A DNA stretch of 54,887 nt, from positions 1-54,887 of the forward strand of contig DASRLN010000213.1 in NCBI GenBank assembly GCA_035648435.1, given 5' to 3'. Source of the DNA: Caulobacteraceae bacterium (GTDB lineage Bacteria > Pseudomonadota > Alphaproteobacteria > Caulobacterales > Caulobacteraceae). The translations under genes and the position numbers were made by a program. The notes beneath the pieces were generated by a model. That model worked only from the letters and a program-made list of their open reading frames with translations. It did not search any database and was not told the origin of the DNA. Shown piece after piece: positions 44,637-54,382 of this stretch. Position 1 is the stretch's first letter. Each line of letters starts with the position of its first letter.

Positions 44637-45908
44637 CTACCCCGTCACCAAGTCCAGCCGCTCGAACCCGTTGAAGAACGGCAGGGTCCGGCGGAGCGGA
44701 ACGGCCGCGGGATCGGCGAGGGCCAGGGCCGGGAATCGCGCGAACAGGGCGGCCAGGGCGACCTGGGCCTCGAGCCGGGCGAGCGGCGCGCCGACGCAGA
44801 TGTGCGCTCCGCCGCCAAAGGCGACATGCGGCACGTGGGGCCGGGTGATGTCGAAGCGGTGGGGATCGTCGAAGACCTCGGGATCATGGTTGGCGGCCTT
44901 CAGCGAGACGTAGAGCACTTCCGCCTCGGCCACCGGGCAGCCGCCGACCCGCATGTCGCGCGACGCCACTCGGCCGGTGACATCGACCGGCGATTCCAGG
45001 CGCAGGGCCTCTTCCACCGCGGCGTTGATCAGCCTGGGATCGGCCTTCAGCTTGGCGAGTTCCCGCGGATGGGTGAGGAACAGCCAGACGGCGTTGGCGA
45101 TAAGGTCGGTGGTGGTCAGGTTGCCTGCGACGAGCAGGCCGATACAGTTGTGGCAGATCTCCGCATCGGAGATCGGCGCTCCCCCCGCCTGCAGCACGGC
45201 GAGGTCGGAGATCAAGTCGTCGCCGGGCGCTCGACGACGCACCGTGAGGGCGTGTGTCAGGTAGTCGAGGAAGCCCTGGTTGGCGCCGTCCATGGCCCGG
45301 GTTTCTTCGTCCGAGCGGGCCGGGTGGAAGATCATGATCGCCGCCTCCGACCAGGCCCGGAACCGCGGCAAGTCAGCGGTGTCAACGCCCAGCAGCCAGG
45401 CGATGGCGTCGATGGGGATGGGGATGGCGTAATCGGCGATGATGTCGAAGCCGCTGGCGCCGGCCAGGGCGCCCAGCCGCGCCTCGACGATCGCCTCGAT
45501 GGCGGGGCGGGAGGCGGCGATGCGCTTGTAGAGCGCCTGCATGATCGGCGCGCGGACGCGGGCGTGGTGCGGGTCGTCCATGAAGATGATCGGACTGTTG
45601 CGCGCCGCTTCGCGCTCGGCGGGACCGAAGTCCGGATTGGGCGTGGCGTCCTTCATGGCGTGATAGACGCCGGCGGCCGCACCGGCCTTGTCGGGATCGC
45701 GCCACAGGCTGCGGTCGGTGACCACGCCGCGCACGTCGGCGTAGCGGGTCAGGTACCAACCGCCCAGGCCCTCGTCGCGCCGCACCGGGCATTCGGCGCG
45801 CACCTGGTCCAGCATCTCGTGGCCCGAAGCGCGAAAGGCCGGGTTGAGCGCCGTCAGCCCAAGACCGCCCGGCGGCGGCTCGGCGACGGCCGGCGATCGT
45901 GTCTCCAT
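44637..45908 (-). CDS. Cytochrome P450
   Basis: DDPHHARVR, AGNLTT (I-helix), EEALR (ExxR) and heme motif FGGGAHICVG. Confidence 0.95.
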   Translation of the reverse strand: METRSPAVAEPPPGGLGLTALNPAFRASGHEMLDQVRAECPVRRDEGLGGWYLTRYADVRGVVTDRSLWRDPDKAGAAAGVYHAMKDATPNPDFGPAEREAARNSPIIFMDDPHHARVRAPIMQALYKRIAASRPAIEAIVEARLGALAGASGFDIIADYAIPIPIDAIAWLLGVDTADLPRFRAWSEAAIMIFHPARSDEETRAMDGANQGFLDYLTHALTVRRRAPGDDLISDLAVLQAGGAPISDAEICHNCIGLLVAGNLTTTDLIANAVWLFLTHPRELAKLKADPRLINAAVEEALRLESPVDVTGRVASRDMRVGGCPVAEAEVLYVSLKAANHDPEVFDDPHRFDITRPHVPHVAFGGGAHICVGAPLARLEAQVALAALFARFPALALADPAAVPLRRTLPFFNGFERLDLVTG

Positions 45909-46009
45909 CTTTGTATCGCTTCCCTCTGGCCCGAGTTCGACGATGGCCGGTCTCCGACGGCTGCGCATCCCCCCAACGGGGGAGCGCGTGACGGAGCGGG
46001 GACCCGGCT

Positions 46010-47134
46010 CTACCCCGTCCTCCCGCCGCCGCCGATCCAGGCGGGACTGGAAAGAACCAGCTTTATCAGCTCCGCCTGGCGGCCGACGCCGACCGCCTGC
46101 ATGATGTGCCGAAGGTGCGTCTTGACGGTCTCCGGGCCGATGCTCAGCCGCCGGGCGATGGCGCGCGCGTCGTCGCCCCCGATCAGGGCGGCGAGCACCG
46201 TCGCCTCGCGTTCGGTCAGTCCGAACAGCCGCCGCAGCACCTCTTCCGAGGTCTCCATCGGCCGGCGGGAGTCGGCGAGATAGATCGCGATCGCGCCTTC
46301 CGACGCGCCGAGCAGGCCCGCCGCCGCCGTCTGGAGCCGGCGGACGACCACCTGGACCTGTCCGGCCTCGCCGACCGCCAGAGTGAGGCCGACCGGCGTA
46401 TCGCGTCCGTCCCGCGCCTGGCCCACGGCATGGCGGAGCCCCGCGTCGGCGCGCGGCGCCGTCGCCTGCAGACGGCCGGCGGCCCAGCGGACCGCGTCGC
46501 CTTGCGCCAGCATCGAGCGGGCGGTGGTGTTGGCCAGCAGCATCTCGCCCTCGCGCGCGACGATCATGCCCAGCGGCACGCCGTCGATCAGGGCCTGGGC
46601 GGCTTCCACGGCGCCGCGGGCGCGGCGCAGGGTTCCGAACATCATCACCGCCCGGCTGATGTGAGGAATGAACCGGCCGAAATCGTTGCAATCATCGACG
46701 GTGTAGGGCGCCTGGCCCGGTCCCCGCATGACCCCGGCGGCGCAGGTCGCCTCCTCTAGGTCGAGGGTGAAATACATCGCATATTCGATCCCGGCCGGCG
46801 CCAGCGCCTGCCGGTACATGGGTGACGACCAAAGCGTCTCGTCGGAGACGATCTGGCGGCAGTGATAGGCCTTGAACGACCGGGGTGGCGCGCGCGGATC
46901 GCTCGCCGTCATGTCTATGTATGTCCGGAAGGCGCGTTCGAAATCCTCGACCCGCGATCCCCAGAGTCTGACGAAGGGAGAATGATCGTGGACGGAGGTA
47001 TAGTAGCTGATCTGGGCCTTCTGGCTGTCGAACAGCCCGGCGAGGAACTTGAGAGCGTCGTCCCACCTCTCGACGCTGACCGAAGCGTCGTAGATCCGCG
47101 CCACGGCCTGGGAAAAGTCGTCGATGTCCAGCAC
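46010..47134 (-). CDS. LuxR-type HTH regulator with N-terminal sensor domain
   Basis: C-terminal FGLTEREATV...TVKTHLRHI...RQAELI; start uncertain (GTG at 47134). Confidence 0.85.
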   Translation of the reverse strand: MLDIDDFSQAVARIYDASVSVERWDDALKFLAGLFDSQKAQISYYTSVHDHSPFVRLWGSRVEDFERAFRTYIDMTASDPRAPPRSFKAYHCRQIVSDETLWSSPMYRQALAPAGIEYAMYFTLDLEEATCAAGVMRGPGQAPYTVDDCNDFGRFIPHISRAVMMFGTLRRARGAVEAAQALIDGVPLGMIVAREGEMLLANTTARSMLAQGDAVRWAAGRLQATAPRADAGLRHAVGQARDGRDTPVGLTLAVGEAGQVQVVVRRLQTAAAGLLGASEGAIAIYLADSRRPMETSEEVLRRLFGLTEREATVLAALIGGDDARAIARRLSIGPETVKTHLRHIMQAVGVGRQAELIKLVLSSPAWIGGGGRTG

Positions 47135-47257
47135 GTCCGGCCCCCGCCACCGCGGGACCATGATGGACCACGACCCGACCCGGCGCTCGTGCACGACCCT
47201 GCGCCGGAAAGGCGCGAAAGTCATCGGTTGACCATGCTCGTCGCGCGAGGACCGGGT

Positions 47258-47869
47258 TCAGCGGGCGGTCCGGGGCCGCCGCGCGCCCGAGGCGACCGGG
47301 TCGTCATCCATCCCCTCCCGCATCCGCGCCACCACGCGGCTGAAGGCCGGGCCGAAAACGCGGAAATAGGAGAATATCGCCTTCTGGCCCGTGGGCAGGC
47401 TGGCGGCAAAGGGGACCATGCCTTCGGGGACGCTGGTCTCACACATGATCTCGCCCTCGGCGTGGGGAAAGGCGATCGGCGCGGCGCGGACACGACCGAG
47501 GTGCGGGCAGGCGCCCTGGGCGGTTCTGGCGCAGGCGGCGTGAATCGGCGGCAGATTGCTCAGATAGCGCGTTCCCACCGCGCCCGCGATCGGGGCCATG
47601 GTCCCGGCGACCGTGGGAAACAGCCAGCGATCCCCCGGCGGCGTCGGCGCGCCGCAGACGTGGCAGAGATGGCGAACCACCCCCAGACGCTGGCGGATCA
47701 GGTGCATGCCGCCCATCACCGGCTCGCCGACCCCCGGCTGGGAGGCCTGCACCGCCTCCATCCGCCCGGGGAAACTCGCCGACGGCGCCAGGCCGAACCG
47801 CATCTCGCCGCTCCACGGCACCACCCACGGCACGTTGTCACCGATGCGCCATTGCGTCTCGATCGTCAT
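47258..47869 (-). CDS. Hypothetical Cys/His-motif protein
   Basis: VPWVVPWSGE, RQR...LCHVCG, PPIHAACA and CPHL. Confidence 0.65.
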   Translation of the reverse strand: MTIETQWRIGDNVPWVVPWSGEMRFGLAPSASFPGRMEAVQASQPGVGEPVMGGMHLIRQRLGVVRHLCHVCGAPTPPGDRWLFPTVAGTMAPIAGAVGTRYLSNLPPIHAACARTAQGACPHLGRVRAAPIAFPHAEGEIMCETSVPEGMVPFAASLPTGQKAIFSYFRVFGPAFSRVVARMREGMDDDPVASGARRPRTAR

Positions 47870-47893
47870 CGAACAATCCGGCGTCGAAGTCTC

Positions 47894-47995
47894 GAACCGC
47901 CAAGACGCCAAGACACCAAGAAGAATGGATTGCGCTTCGCGCTCGCGGGCGGTGCGTGGCCGCTTGATTTCGGCGTCTTGGCGACTTGGCGGTTC
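47894..47995. repeat. Inverted-repeat MITE/REP-like element
   Basis: GAACCGCCAAGACGCCAAGACACC ... GGCGTCTTGGCGACTTGGCGGTTC. Confidence 0.75.
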
Positions 47996-48002
47996 AACAT
48001 AC

Positions 48003-50108
48003 TCAATCCATCAGCTTGCGGGTCAGGTAGGTGAACTCCAGGGCCACGCGCTCGGCGCGTTCCTGGAGGTTGGCGGAGGCGGCGTGGCCGCCGTTGGTGT
48101 TCTCGAAATAGAGGAACGGCAGGCCGAGGGCCGCCATCCTGGCGGCCATCTTGCGGGCATGCACCGGAGTCACCCGGTCGTCCTTGGTCGAGGTGACGAA
48201 GAACGGCTCGGGATAGGCGACGCCGGCCTTGAGGTTCTGGTAGGGCGAGATCTTGCTGAGAAACGCGGCCTCTTGGGGATTGGCCATGCTGCCGTATTCC
48301 CCCGCCCAGGAGGCCCCGGCCCCGATCTTCTCATAGCGCAACATGTCCAGGAGCGGCACCTGGATCACCACCGCATGCCACAGCTCCGGGTGCTGATTGA
48401 ATTCCACGCCCATCAACAGGCCGCCGTTGGAGCCGCCCTCTATCCCCAGGCGCCGGGGCGAGGTGATCTTGCGGGCGATCAGATCGGCGCCGACGGCGGC
48501 GAAATCATCATAGATGATCTGGCGGTGGGTCTTCAGGCCCGCCTCGTGCCACGCCGGTCCGAACTCGCCGCCGCCGCGGATATTGGCCAGCACATAGACC
48601 CCGCCATGCTCCAGCCACAGCTTGCCGATGGCCGCGGAGTAGCTGGGCAGCATCGAGGCCTCGAAGCCGCCGTAGGCGTAGAGCAGGGTCGGATTGGCGC
48701 TGTCGAGCTTCATGCCCTTCGGGTGGACCACGAAGTAGGGAATCTTCGTGCCGTCGCTGGACACCGCCTCGAACTGCTCGACCTCGTCCGTCGAGGCGTC
48801 GAACCGGGCGGGGAGGACCTTGACGTCGCGGTGCTCGCCGGTGGCCGCGTCGGCCCGCCACAGCCGGGTGGGATCGAGGAAGCTCTCCACCGAATAGTAG
48901 ATCTCGTCGCCGGCCTCGGTGGCGGCCGCCACGCCGACCGAGGAGTTGGCCGCCACCGGCAGCGGCGTCCGCTTCCAGGCCCCGCCTTGGCGAGAAAGGA
49001 CGGTCAGACCGCCGCGCACATTGTCGTAGAGGGCGACCACCACCCGCGAGCGGGTGGTCACCGCCTGCTCGATCGCCTGCCGGGGTCCCGGCGCGATCAG
49101 CAGGTCCGCGGGCGGCGTGCGGCCGGCTTCCAGGGCGGCGAGATCCAGGGCGATCAGCGATCCCTGCGTCAGATTGGCGGCCCCGGGGGCGGGCGTCCAG
49201 TCCTGTTTCAGGGTGACGATCAGCTGGCCATCGACCAAGCCGTCCACCGAGGCCTTTGGCGGCAGCGACAGGCGCACCAGGCCGTGGGCGGTGAGCAGGC
49301 TGGTCTCGGTCTCGAAGAAGCTCACCGCCCGGGTGATCACCACCGCCGTGTGGCCGTCCCCGTCGCGCAGCACCGAGGCGTCCGCCGCCACATCCGTGGG
49401 CTGGCCGCGGAAGACTTCCGTCGCCTGGGCCAGGTCCTGGCCGCGCCTGAGGGTCTTGACCACGAAGCCGTAGCCGGATGTGGTCATGGTCCCCGGACCC
49501 CAGTCGCGGGTGACGATCAGGGTGTCGCCGTCCAGCCAGTCAGCCGACTGCTTGCCGCGCGGCAGGGCGAACCCGCCGGCGACAAAGCGCTTCGACGCCA
49601 GGTCGAACTCGCGCACCTGGTCGGCGTCCTCGCCGCCGTCGGAGAGCGCGACCAGGCAGCGGCGATATTCCGGGGCCTTGCAGTTGGCGCCCTTCCACAC
49701 CCAGTTGGCCTTCTCCGCCGCCGCGAGGGCATCGAGGTCGATCACCGTCTGCCAGGCCGGGTGGGACGTGGCAAAGCTCGCCGCCGTCGTCCGCCGCCAC
49801 AGGCCGCGGACATTGGCCGGATCCTGCCAGAAATTATACACCGCGTCGCCGACCAGCTCGGGCTGGGGAATCCGATCGACGGCGTTGACGATCGTCAGGG
49901 CGTCGGCGTGAAAGGCCGCGTAGCGCGGATCGCCCTTCAGCACCGCCAGTGACCGGGCGTTTTCCTTCTCCACCCAGGCCAGGGCGCGCGACGATTCCAT
50001 CGACTCCAGCCACAGGTAGGGATCGGGCGCGGCGGCGGTGGTCTGGTTCACGGAGGATGTCTCGGCGAGGGCGGACAGGGCCGCGACCGCGGCGATAGTC
50101 AGGTTCAT
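48003..50108 (-). CDS. Prolyl oligopeptidase (S9A), probably exported
   Basis: DPYLWLE, YAYGGF, NIRGGGEFG, GGSNGGL, DDRV and GGH catalytic motifs. Confidence 0.95.
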   Translation of the reverse strand: MNLTIAAVAALSALAETSSVNQTTAAAPDPYLWLESMESSRALAWVEKENARSLAVLKGDPRYAAFHADALTIVNAVDRIPQPELVGDAVYNFWQDPANVRGLWRRTTAASFATSHPAWQTVIDLDALAAAEKANWVWKGANCKAPEYRRCLVALSDGGEDADQVREFDLASKRFVAGGFALPRGKQSADWLDGDTLIVTRDWGPGTMTTSGYGFVVKTLRRGQDLAQATEVFRGQPTDVAADASVLRDGDGHTAVVITRAVSFFETETSLLTAHGLVRLSLPPKASVDGLVDGQLIVTLKQDWTPAPGAANLTQGSLIALDLAALEAGRTPPADLLIAPGPRQAIEQAVTTRSRVVVALYDNVRGGLTVLSRQGGAWKRTPLPVAANSSVGVAAATEAGDEIYYSVESFLDPTRLWRADAATGEHRDVKVLPARFDASTDEVEQFEAVSSDGTKIPYFVVHPKGMKLDSANPTLLYAYGGFEASMLPSYSAAIGKLWLEHGGVYVLANIRGGGEFGPAWHEAGLKTHRQIIYDDFAAVGADLIARKITSPRRLGIEGGSNGGLLMGVEFNQHPELWHAVVIQVPLLDMLRYEKIGAGASWAGEYGSMANPQEAAFLSKISPYQNLKAGVAYPEPFFVTSTKDDRVTPVHARKMAARMAALGLPFLYFENTNGGHAASANLQERAERVALEFTYLTRKLMD

Positions 50109-50172
50109 CCCCGATTTTCGCCGTCGCGTCCGCCCATGTCCAGCCGCCGGCGAGCCCGCCCACGACGGCGCT

Positions 50173-50235
50173 CGCAAATTGGGGGACATGAACGAAATTC
50201 GAGGAAGGCGAATTTCAATCAAGTCCCAATTTGCG
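50173..50235. other. Long intergenic hairpin
   Basis: CGCAAATTGGG..GACATGA..GAAATTCG-loop-CGAATTTC..TCAAGTCCCAATTTGCG. Confidence 0.6.
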
Positions 50236-50367
50236 TCAGGCGGATCGCGACCCAAATGGCGACTTGATCGCAATGCCCTCTCGCATTGCGTTCATGTTGC
50301 CGATTTGGGCACGGGGTCGCCCCCACGGGGCTGCGCGGACGTTGCCTTCACGGTATAGCCCGGCGTC

Positions 50368-51210
50368 ATGAGCCGTCCGTTCATCAAGATGAACGGGCTG
50401 GGCAACGACTTCGTCGTCGTCGAGGCCCGGTCCGCGCCGTTCATCCCCTCGGCGAGCGAGGTGCGGGCGCTGGCGGCGCGCGACGGCGGCGTCGGCTGCG
50501 ATCAGGTCATCGCCATCGAGCCCTCAGCCCGCGCCGACGCCTTCATGCGCATCTGGAATTGCGACGGCGAGGAGGTGGCGGCCTGCGGCAACGGCGCGCG
50601 CTGCGTCGCTTGGCTGCTGATGGAGGCGGCCGGACGCGACCAGGCCAGCCTGGAGACCGCCGCCGGCGTCCTCGAAGCGCGGCGGGCCGGGGACAAACTG
50701 GTCAGCATCGACATGGGCGAGCCGGGCCTCGGCTGGGAGGACATTCCCCTGGCCGAGAAGATGGACACCCGGGGGATCGAACTGCAGTTCGGCCCGATCG
50801 ACGCGCCGGTGACGCACACCCCTGGCTGCGTCTCCATGGGCAATCCCCACGTCGTCTTCTTCGTCGCCGACGCCGAGGCGGCGCCGGTGGCCGAGGTCGG
50901 GCCGATGATCGAGAACCACCCTCTGTTTCCCCAGCGGGTCAATGTCGGGTTCGCCCAGATCAAGGCCGCCGGCCGCATCCGCCTGCGGGTCTGGGAGCGC
51001 GGCGCCGGCCTCACCCGCGCTTGCGGCACCGGGGCCTGCGCGGCCCTGGTCGCGGCCCACCGCCGCCGCCTCTGCGCCCGGGCCGCCGTGGTCGAGCTCG
51101 ACGGGGGCGAACTCATCGTCCAGTGGCGCGAGGTCGATGACCGCGTGCTGATGACCGGCCCGGTGGCCGTCGAATTCACCGCCCGCCTGCCGCAAAGTCT
51201 GGTCGCGTGA
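50368..51210 (+). CDS. dapF: Diaminopimelate epimerase
   Basis: KMNGLGNDF, ACGNGARC, MGNPH and ERGAGLTRACGTGAC. Confidence 0.97.
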   Translation: MSRPFIKMNGLGNDFVVVEARSAPFIPSASEVRALAARDGGVGCDQVIAIEPSARADAFMRIWNCDGEEVAACGNGARCVAWLLMEAAGRDQASLETAAGVLEARRAGDKLVSIDMGEPGLGWEDIPLAEKMDTRGIELQFGPIDAPVTHTPGCVSMGNPHVVFFVADAEAAPVAEVGPMIENHPLFPQRVNVGFAQIKAAGRIRLRVWERGAGLTRACGTGACAALVAAHRRRLCARAAVVELDGGELIVQWREVDDRVLMTGPVAVEFTARLPQSLVA

Positions 51211-52061
51211 CCCACCCCGCCCTTGCCCCCGGCCGCGTCGCGGTGATCACCGGCGGGGCCGACGGCATTGGCCTGGCCGCCGCCCACCGTTTCGCCGGCC
51301 TCGGCATGAACCTCGTCCTCGCCGATCTCGACGCGGAGAAGCTCGCCGCCGCCGGCAAGGCCTTGAGCGAGGCCGGCGCGCAGGTCGAAACCGTGGTCAC
51401 CGATGTCGCCGACTATCTCCAGGTCGTCCGCCTGCGGGACGCGGCCCTGGCCCGTTTCGGCGATGTCGCGGTGCTGATGAACAACGCCGGGGTCGGCGGC
51501 GGCGGCCACGCCTTCGAGAACTTCGACGGCTGGCGCAAGGTTCTGGGCGTCAATCTCGGCGGGGTGATCAACGGGGTCCAGGCCTTCACCCAGGCGATGA
51601 TCGATCAGGCGACCCCCGCTGCCATCGTCAACACCGGCTCCAAGCAGGGCATCACCACCCCGCCGGGCGACACCGCCTACAATGTCAGCAAGGCTGGCAT
51701 CAAGGTCCTCACCGAGGGTCTTCAGCACACCCTGCGCAACACCCCGGGCTGCCAGGTCATCGCGCACCTTCTCGTCCCCGGCTTCACCTTCACCGGCCTG
51801 ACCCGTCGCGGCGGTCCCGAGAAACCCCCCGCCGCCTGGACCGCCGATCAGGTCGCCGGGTTCATGCTGGAGGCCATGGCCGCGGGCGATTTCTACATCC
51901 TCTGCCCCGACAACGACGTCACCCGCGCCATGGACAACGCCCGAATCGGATGGGCCGCCCAGGACCTGACCGAAAACCGCCCCCCTCTCTCGCGCTGGCA
52001 TCCGGACTGGAAGGCGGCCTTCGAGGCGTTCATGGCCAGAGCCGCCGATCACCGTCCATGA
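51207..52061 (+). CDS. SDR family oxidoreductase
   Basis: TGGADGIG, NNAG and YNVSK. Confidence 0.92.
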   Translation: MTHPALAPGRVAVITGGADGIGLAAAHRFAGLGMNLVLADLDAEKLAAAGKALSEAGAQVETVVTDVADYLQVVRLRDAALARFGDVAVLMNNAGVGGGGHAFENFDGWRKVLGVNLGGVINGVQAFTQAMIDQATPAAIVNTGSKQGITTPPGDTAYNVSKAGIKVLTEGLQHTLRNTPGCQVIAHLLVPGFTFTGLTRRGGPEKPPAAWTADQVAGFMLEAMAAGDFYILCPDNDVTRAMDNARIGWAAQDLTENRPPLSRWHPDWKAAFEAFMARAADHRP

Positions 52062-52072
52062 CCCCTTCCGTT

Positions 52073-52153
52073 CGTAGCGCGGGCTTCCAGCCCGCTCTTG
52101 TTCACCTCCGCCCTTCGTCACCCCCCAAGTGCGGGCTGGAAGCCCGCGCTACG
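52073..52153. repeat. GTAG-family REP doublet
   Basis: CGTAGCGCGGGCTTCCAGCCCGC ... GCGGGCTGGAAGCCCGCGCTACG perfect inverted pair. Confidence 0.85.
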
Positions 52154-52172
52154 AGAGAGGAGCGGCCGGCCC

Positions 52173-53441
52173 ATGGCTGACGGTTTCCTCCCCATACCCT
52201 CGGTCGACGTCGTCACCTTCGGCTGCCGGCTGAACGCCTGCGAGTCGGAGGCCATCGCGGCCCAGGCCGCGGCCGACGGGATCGTCGACGCGGTGGTGTT
52301 CAACACCTGCGCGGTGACCGGCGAGGCGGTGCGCCAGGCGCGCCAGGCGATCCGCAAGGCGCGGCGGCAGCGGCCGGGGACGAAGCTCATCGTCACCGGT
52401 TGCGCCGCCCAGATCGATCCGGCCGCCTTCGCCGCCATGGAAGAGGTCGATCTGGTCCTCGGCAACGCCGCGAAGGCCGCCCCCGGCGCCCTGCGAGGTC
52501 ACGGCGTCGAGGTCGGCGATGTCATGTCCGCGAGGGGCCACGCGAGCCGCGCCTCCGGCGCGCCCGCCGGCCGCGCCCGGGCCTATGTGGAGATCCAGAA
52601 CGGCTGCGACCACCGCTGCACCTTCTGCGTCATTCCCTTCGGCCGCGGAAACGCCCGCTCGACGCCGGCGGCGGCGGTGATCACCCGGATTCGCGCGCTC
52701 GCCGCCGAGCACGCCGAGGTGGTGCTGACCGGGGTCGATCTGACCAGCTGGGGCGCCGATCTCGATGGCGCCCCGACGCTGGGGGCGCTGGTGGCGCGCA
52801 TCCTCGCCGAGGTCCCCGAACTTCCCCGCCTGCGCCTCTCCTCCATCGACGCCGCCGAGATCGACGCCGAGCTGATGGCCTGCCTGGCCCGCGAGCCGCG
52901 CCTGGCGCCCCATCTGCACCTCTCGCTCCAGTCCGGCGACGACCTGATCCTCAAGCGCATGAAGCGCCGCCACTCCCGCGCCCAGGCCCTGGCCCTGATC
53001 GAGGCCGTCCGCCGGGTTCGCCCGGAGACCGCCTTCGGCGCCGACTTCATCGCCGGCTTTCCCACCGAAACCGACGCGGCGTTCGAGAACACCCTGGCCC
53101 TGGTCGAAGAGGCCGGCCTCGCCTTCCTCCACGTCTTCCCCTACAGCCCCCGTCCCGGAACCCCGGCGGCCCGAATGCCGCGGGTTGCCGGCGCCGTCGT
53201 CAAGGAGCGTGCCGCCCGCCTCCGCGCCGCCGGCGACGCCGCTCTCGCCCGGCACCTCGACCGCCAGATCGGCCGCCGCGTCACCGCCCTGGTCGAGCGC
53301 GCCGGCCGTGCCCGGGCCGAAGACTTCACCGAATTCGCCTTCGCCGGCGAGGCGGCCTCGGGCGCTCTGATCACCGGCGAGATCACCGCCCACGACGGCC
53401 GGCGCGCCACCCTGGTCCGGCGACGGCGCGCCATCCCATGA
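52173..53441 (+). CDS. mtaB: tRNA t6A37 methylthiotransferase (radical SAM)
   Basis: TFGCRLN, NTCAVT and QNGCDHRCTFCVIP; dapF-mtaB-ftsY synteny. Confidence 0.92.
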   Translation: MADGFLPIPSVDVVTFGCRLNACESEAIAAQAAADGIVDAVVFNTCAVTGEAVRQARQAIRKARRQRPGTKLIVTGCAAQIDPAAFAAMEEVDLVLGNAAKAAPGALRGHGVEVGDVMSARGHASRASGAPAGRARAYVEIQNGCDHRCTFCVIPFGRGNARSTPAAAVITRIRALAAEHAEVVLTGVDLTSWGADLDGAPTLGALVARILAEVPELPRLRLSSIDAAEIDAELMACLAREPRLAPHLHLSLQSGDDLILKRMKRRHSRAQALALIEAVRRVRPETAFGADFIAGFPTETDAAFENTLALVEEAGLAFLHVFPYSPRPGTPAARMPRVAGAVVKERAARLRAAGDAALARHLDRQIGRRVTALVERAGRARAEDFTEFAFAGEAASGALITGEITAHDGRRATLVRRRRAIP

Positions 53442-54382
53442 CCGAACCCAAGCGCGGCTGGCTGCAGCGGCTCACCGGCGGCCTGGCGCGTTCGTCGCGG
53501 CGGATGAGCGAGCAGGTGAGCCGGGCGCTCACCGCCCGGCCCCTCGACCAGGAACAACTCGACGCCCTCGAGGAGATGCTGATCGAGGCCGACCTCGGCC
53601 CTCACGCGGCGGCGCGGATCGCCCGGGCCTTCGGCGCCCAGAGGTTTGGCCGCTCGTCCACCGACGCCGAGGTCAAGGAGGCCCTGGCCGGCGCCATCGC
53701 CGCCGAACTGGCGCCTCGCCAGGGCCGCTTCGATCCGCTCGGCGGACCCAGGCCCTATGTGGTCCTGTTCATCGGCGTCAACGGTTCGGGCAAGACCACC
53801 ACCCTGGGGAAGATCGCCGCCGACCTCACCCACCGGCGCGCGCGGGTGCTGATCGCCGCCGGCGACACATTCCGGGCGGCGGCGGTGGAGCAGCTGGCGG
53901 TGTGGGCCGATCGGGCGGGGGCGGATTTTCTTTCCCGTCCCACCGGCGCGGACGCGGCCGGATTGGCCTACGACGCCCTGGAGCGGGCACGGATGGAGGC
54001 CTACGACGTTCTGCTCATCGACACCGCCGGGCGGCTGCACAACAAGCAGGGACTGATGGACGAACTCACCAAGATGATCCGTGTCCTGCGCAAGCTCGAC
54101 CCCGAGGCGCCCCATGAGGTGCTGCTGGTCCTCGACGCCACCGTCGGGCGCAACGCCCTGGCCCAGGAGAACGTCTTCGGCAACGCCATCGGGGTCACCG
54201 GCATCGTCATGACCAAGCTCGACGGCACGGCCCGCGGCGGCGTGCTGGTGCCGGTGGCCCAGGCCTCCGATTCGCCGATCAAGCTGATCGGGGTGGGCGA
54301 GGCCATCGACGATCTCCAGCCATTCGACGCGGTCGCCTTCGCCCGTTCCCTGGTCGGCCTCGAGGCGCCGGTCCATGCCTGA
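53438..54382 (+). CDS. ftsY: SRP receptor FtsY
   Basis: GVNGSGKTTT, DTFRAAA, DTAGRL and TKLDGTARGG. Confidence 0.97.
   Translation: MTEPKRGWLQRLTGGLARSSRRMSEQVSRALTARPLDQEQLDALEEMLIEADLGPHAAARIARAFGAQRFGRSSTDAEVKEALAGAIAAELAPRQGRFDPLGGPRPYVVLFIGVNGSGKTTTLGKIAADLTHRRARVLIAAGDTFRAAAVEQLAVWADRAGADFLSRPTGADAAGLAYDALERARMEAYDVLLIDTAGRLHNKQGLMDELTKMIRVLRKLDPEAPHEVLLVLDATVGRNALAQENVFGNAIGVTGIVMTKLDGTARGGVLVPVAQASDSPIKLIGVGEAIDDLQPFDAVAFARSLVGLEAPVHA

Noticed and set aside
45909..46691. N-terminal extension making a 684-aa P450 fusion
   Set aside because: The extension overlaps the LuxR gene in another frame and is Arg/Gly/Pro noise; the P450 starts at 45908.
47598..49952. 784-aa plus-strand ORF and similar long antisense ORFs
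   Set aside because: Shadow of prolyl oligopeptidase; expected in DNA this GC-rich.
52400..53437. Long N-terminal extension of FtsY
   Set aside because: Out-of-frame overlap with mtaB; the real start is the ATGA overlap at 53438.
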